Source: Dimorphilus gyrociliatus (lineage: Eukaryota > Animalia > Annelida). Taken from it: 64,000 nucleotides of DNA. This document shows positions 62,382 through 64,000 of the stretch, piece by piece (position 1 is the stretch's first letter; each line of letters starts with the position of its first letter). The notes under the pieces are model-generated. The model ran no database searches and was not told the origin of the DNA. It saw only the letters and a program-made list of their open reading frames with translations. A program made the position numbers and the translations under genes. Where the stretch lies: positions 476,942-540,941 of the forward strand of contig CAJFCJ010000009.1 in the NCBI GenBank assembly GCA_904063045.1, read 5' to 3'.

Positions 62382-62394
62382 TAGCGCCATCTCT
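62382..62394 (-). promoter_or_regulatory. CTCF-like motif AGAGATGGCGCTA between USP31 and the tetraspanin
   Basis: Partial match to CTCF core. Confidence 0.4.
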
Positions 62395-62850
62395 TGTTTG
62401 TCAAGAAAAATCAATAGTTTTGTAGCTTTGTAGCATAAACAGGGATTTAGAGTGAATGGAGAGAATTTGACAATAATAAGTTAATAAGGTTCTATTTAAA
62501 GTGAAATTGATCTAATTTAGTCACTGACAAATTGATAGCGGATGAAGTTTTTAAATATCAACTTTTATCATATTCTTATATAATAAGAACAATACTATTT
62601 GTGTTGCACCTAATACAAGCCAGATTCAATTCTCTGTTGACGCCTTACTTTTTGGATATTCTCTACAAAAAACTATTTACCCATAGTCGTTATGTAATTT
62701 ATAAATTAACTACTTTTTCACGGAGTCTGTCAAGTGATTAAACGAATAATTTCTTCTTTTCTTTACATTGAGTGCAAACGCGCATCATGCAGCAATTTTA
62801 AACTTTTAAAATAATTAATAATTAGTAATTAACATTTTATTTTAAAAAAA

Positions 62851-63961
62851 ATGACCTCTCAATCAATATTAATATGTGTTAATGTCTGTTTAATCTTTAT
62901 TGCATCTGGGGCTGTAGTAATTTCCATTTTCTTAGCTAATACCTCTTCGTATGATTTTCTATATAGAGCAGCTGAGTACCAAAGGCATAAACATCCTGAC
63001 AGAAAAGAGAGTGTGAATGTCATTCAAGTGGCAGTTTTTTCTCTAGTTTCTCTTTTTTCGATTGTATATATCACTGGGATTATAGGTCTATCTGGAGCAG
63101 TAACAAGAGAATCCTTAGCAGTTACAATTTACATGAGTCTTCTTGGATGCCTTTTATTTATAAAGGTTTAACCTGAAATTTAAATAGACACAAACCATAA
63201 ACGTAATTACTTTTCAGATAGCTCTTGTGATTTATATATCTATGGCAAGTCCTTTAGCATCATTTAGCGACACAATTGTAGAAATTTTTAAGAGAAGCTT
63301 CTCTCCAGAGGAAGTTGAAGCAGATCAAGATCCAAAGCTTTTTGATTTAAGGAAAATAATCAATAGATTACAAATTAATTTTGAATGTTGTGGTTATGAA
63401 AATATCACTGACTTTCTGGAGATTACAACTATAACTTATAAAGATGACAAAACAGTTTATCCAAAGTCCTGTTGCTACTCTTACAAAAGGAAAAAGTATA
63501 GATTTTCCAGTAGACACTGCTTTCAGCAACTGAAAAACCATATAAGTAGGTTGTAGGCAATTTATTTTGTATTTCTATAATTATTATTTCCAACAGTGTA
63601 TTTAAACGGAAGTGATACGAGAAATGAAACAAAATATGTAGTTGAAACAATTCATAATAAAACTTGTGGGCCTTTATTTGAGAAATATTTTAATGATAAT
63701 AAGCATTTTATTGTCATTCTATTATCAATTTTCCCAATATTCATATCGGCTTTTCTGATATGTTCATATGTTATTCATAGAGAAGGAAAAACTATTGAAG
63801 AAGAGGAAAAAATGATGATTTCAGCTCAAGTTTCACGTTTCTCAACGGCAGCACTGAATATGAAGAGATCAAGTAAGAAACGACCAGTTGAAAAGCTTTT
63901 GGAAAAATTCGATGGACTGAGGAAATTAGACATAAACCATGCAGAAGAAGATTTCATCTAA
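62851..63961 (+). CDS. Divergent tetraspanin, 3 exons
   Basis: Four hydrophobic helices; large loop with FECCG, PKSCC and a terminal Cys (TCG) before TM4; introns phase-consistent. Confidence 0.82.
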
Positions 63962-64000
63962 TTAAAATGTTATTTATTTCTATTCTCCGAGCCTCTCTTT

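Overview
Gene-dense animal (protostome-like) genomic DNA: AT-rich, about 25 protein-coding genes in 64 kb, most GT-AG introns about 50-90 nt, and several head-to-head gene pairs only 0.2-1 kb apart. This fits a miniaturised lophotrochozoan genome such as the annelid Dimorphilus gyrociliatus, but that is inference and not verified. Gene order: TLNRD1-like(+), RABL3(+), scratch(-), single-pass membrane protein(+), XBP1(+), DMRTA/dmrt99B(-), BCL11-related zinc finger(-), CPT1(+), PNP(+), TRIM71/lin-41(+), LYRM1(-), Ly6/uPAR(+), NUDT2(+), unknown nuclear protein(-), TEDC2-like(+), p53/p63/p73(-), WRAP73(+), SMN(-), UQCRC2(+), ZDHHC(-), ITIH-like VWA(+), acylated globin(+), SDR16C(-), small basic ORF(-), MGMT(-), USP31/43(+), tetraspanin(+). 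The most interesting signals are regulatory. They are a duplicated exon pair next to the CPT1 catalytic His (likely mutually exclusive), a 20-nt IRE1 intron in XBP1 with a near-ERSE promoter, and clustered let-7 and miR-125/lin-4 sites just after the lin-41 stop. The p53-family gene has a candidate SAM-less alternative last exon, a W-to-L change in its MDM2-binding motif, and sits head-to-head with WRAP73 as in vertebrates. About 15 CTCF-like motifs lie in non-coding DNA. I recognised no tRNA, rRNA, CRISPR array or transposon. Exon boundaries were read by hand and gene names come from remembered motifs, not database searches.
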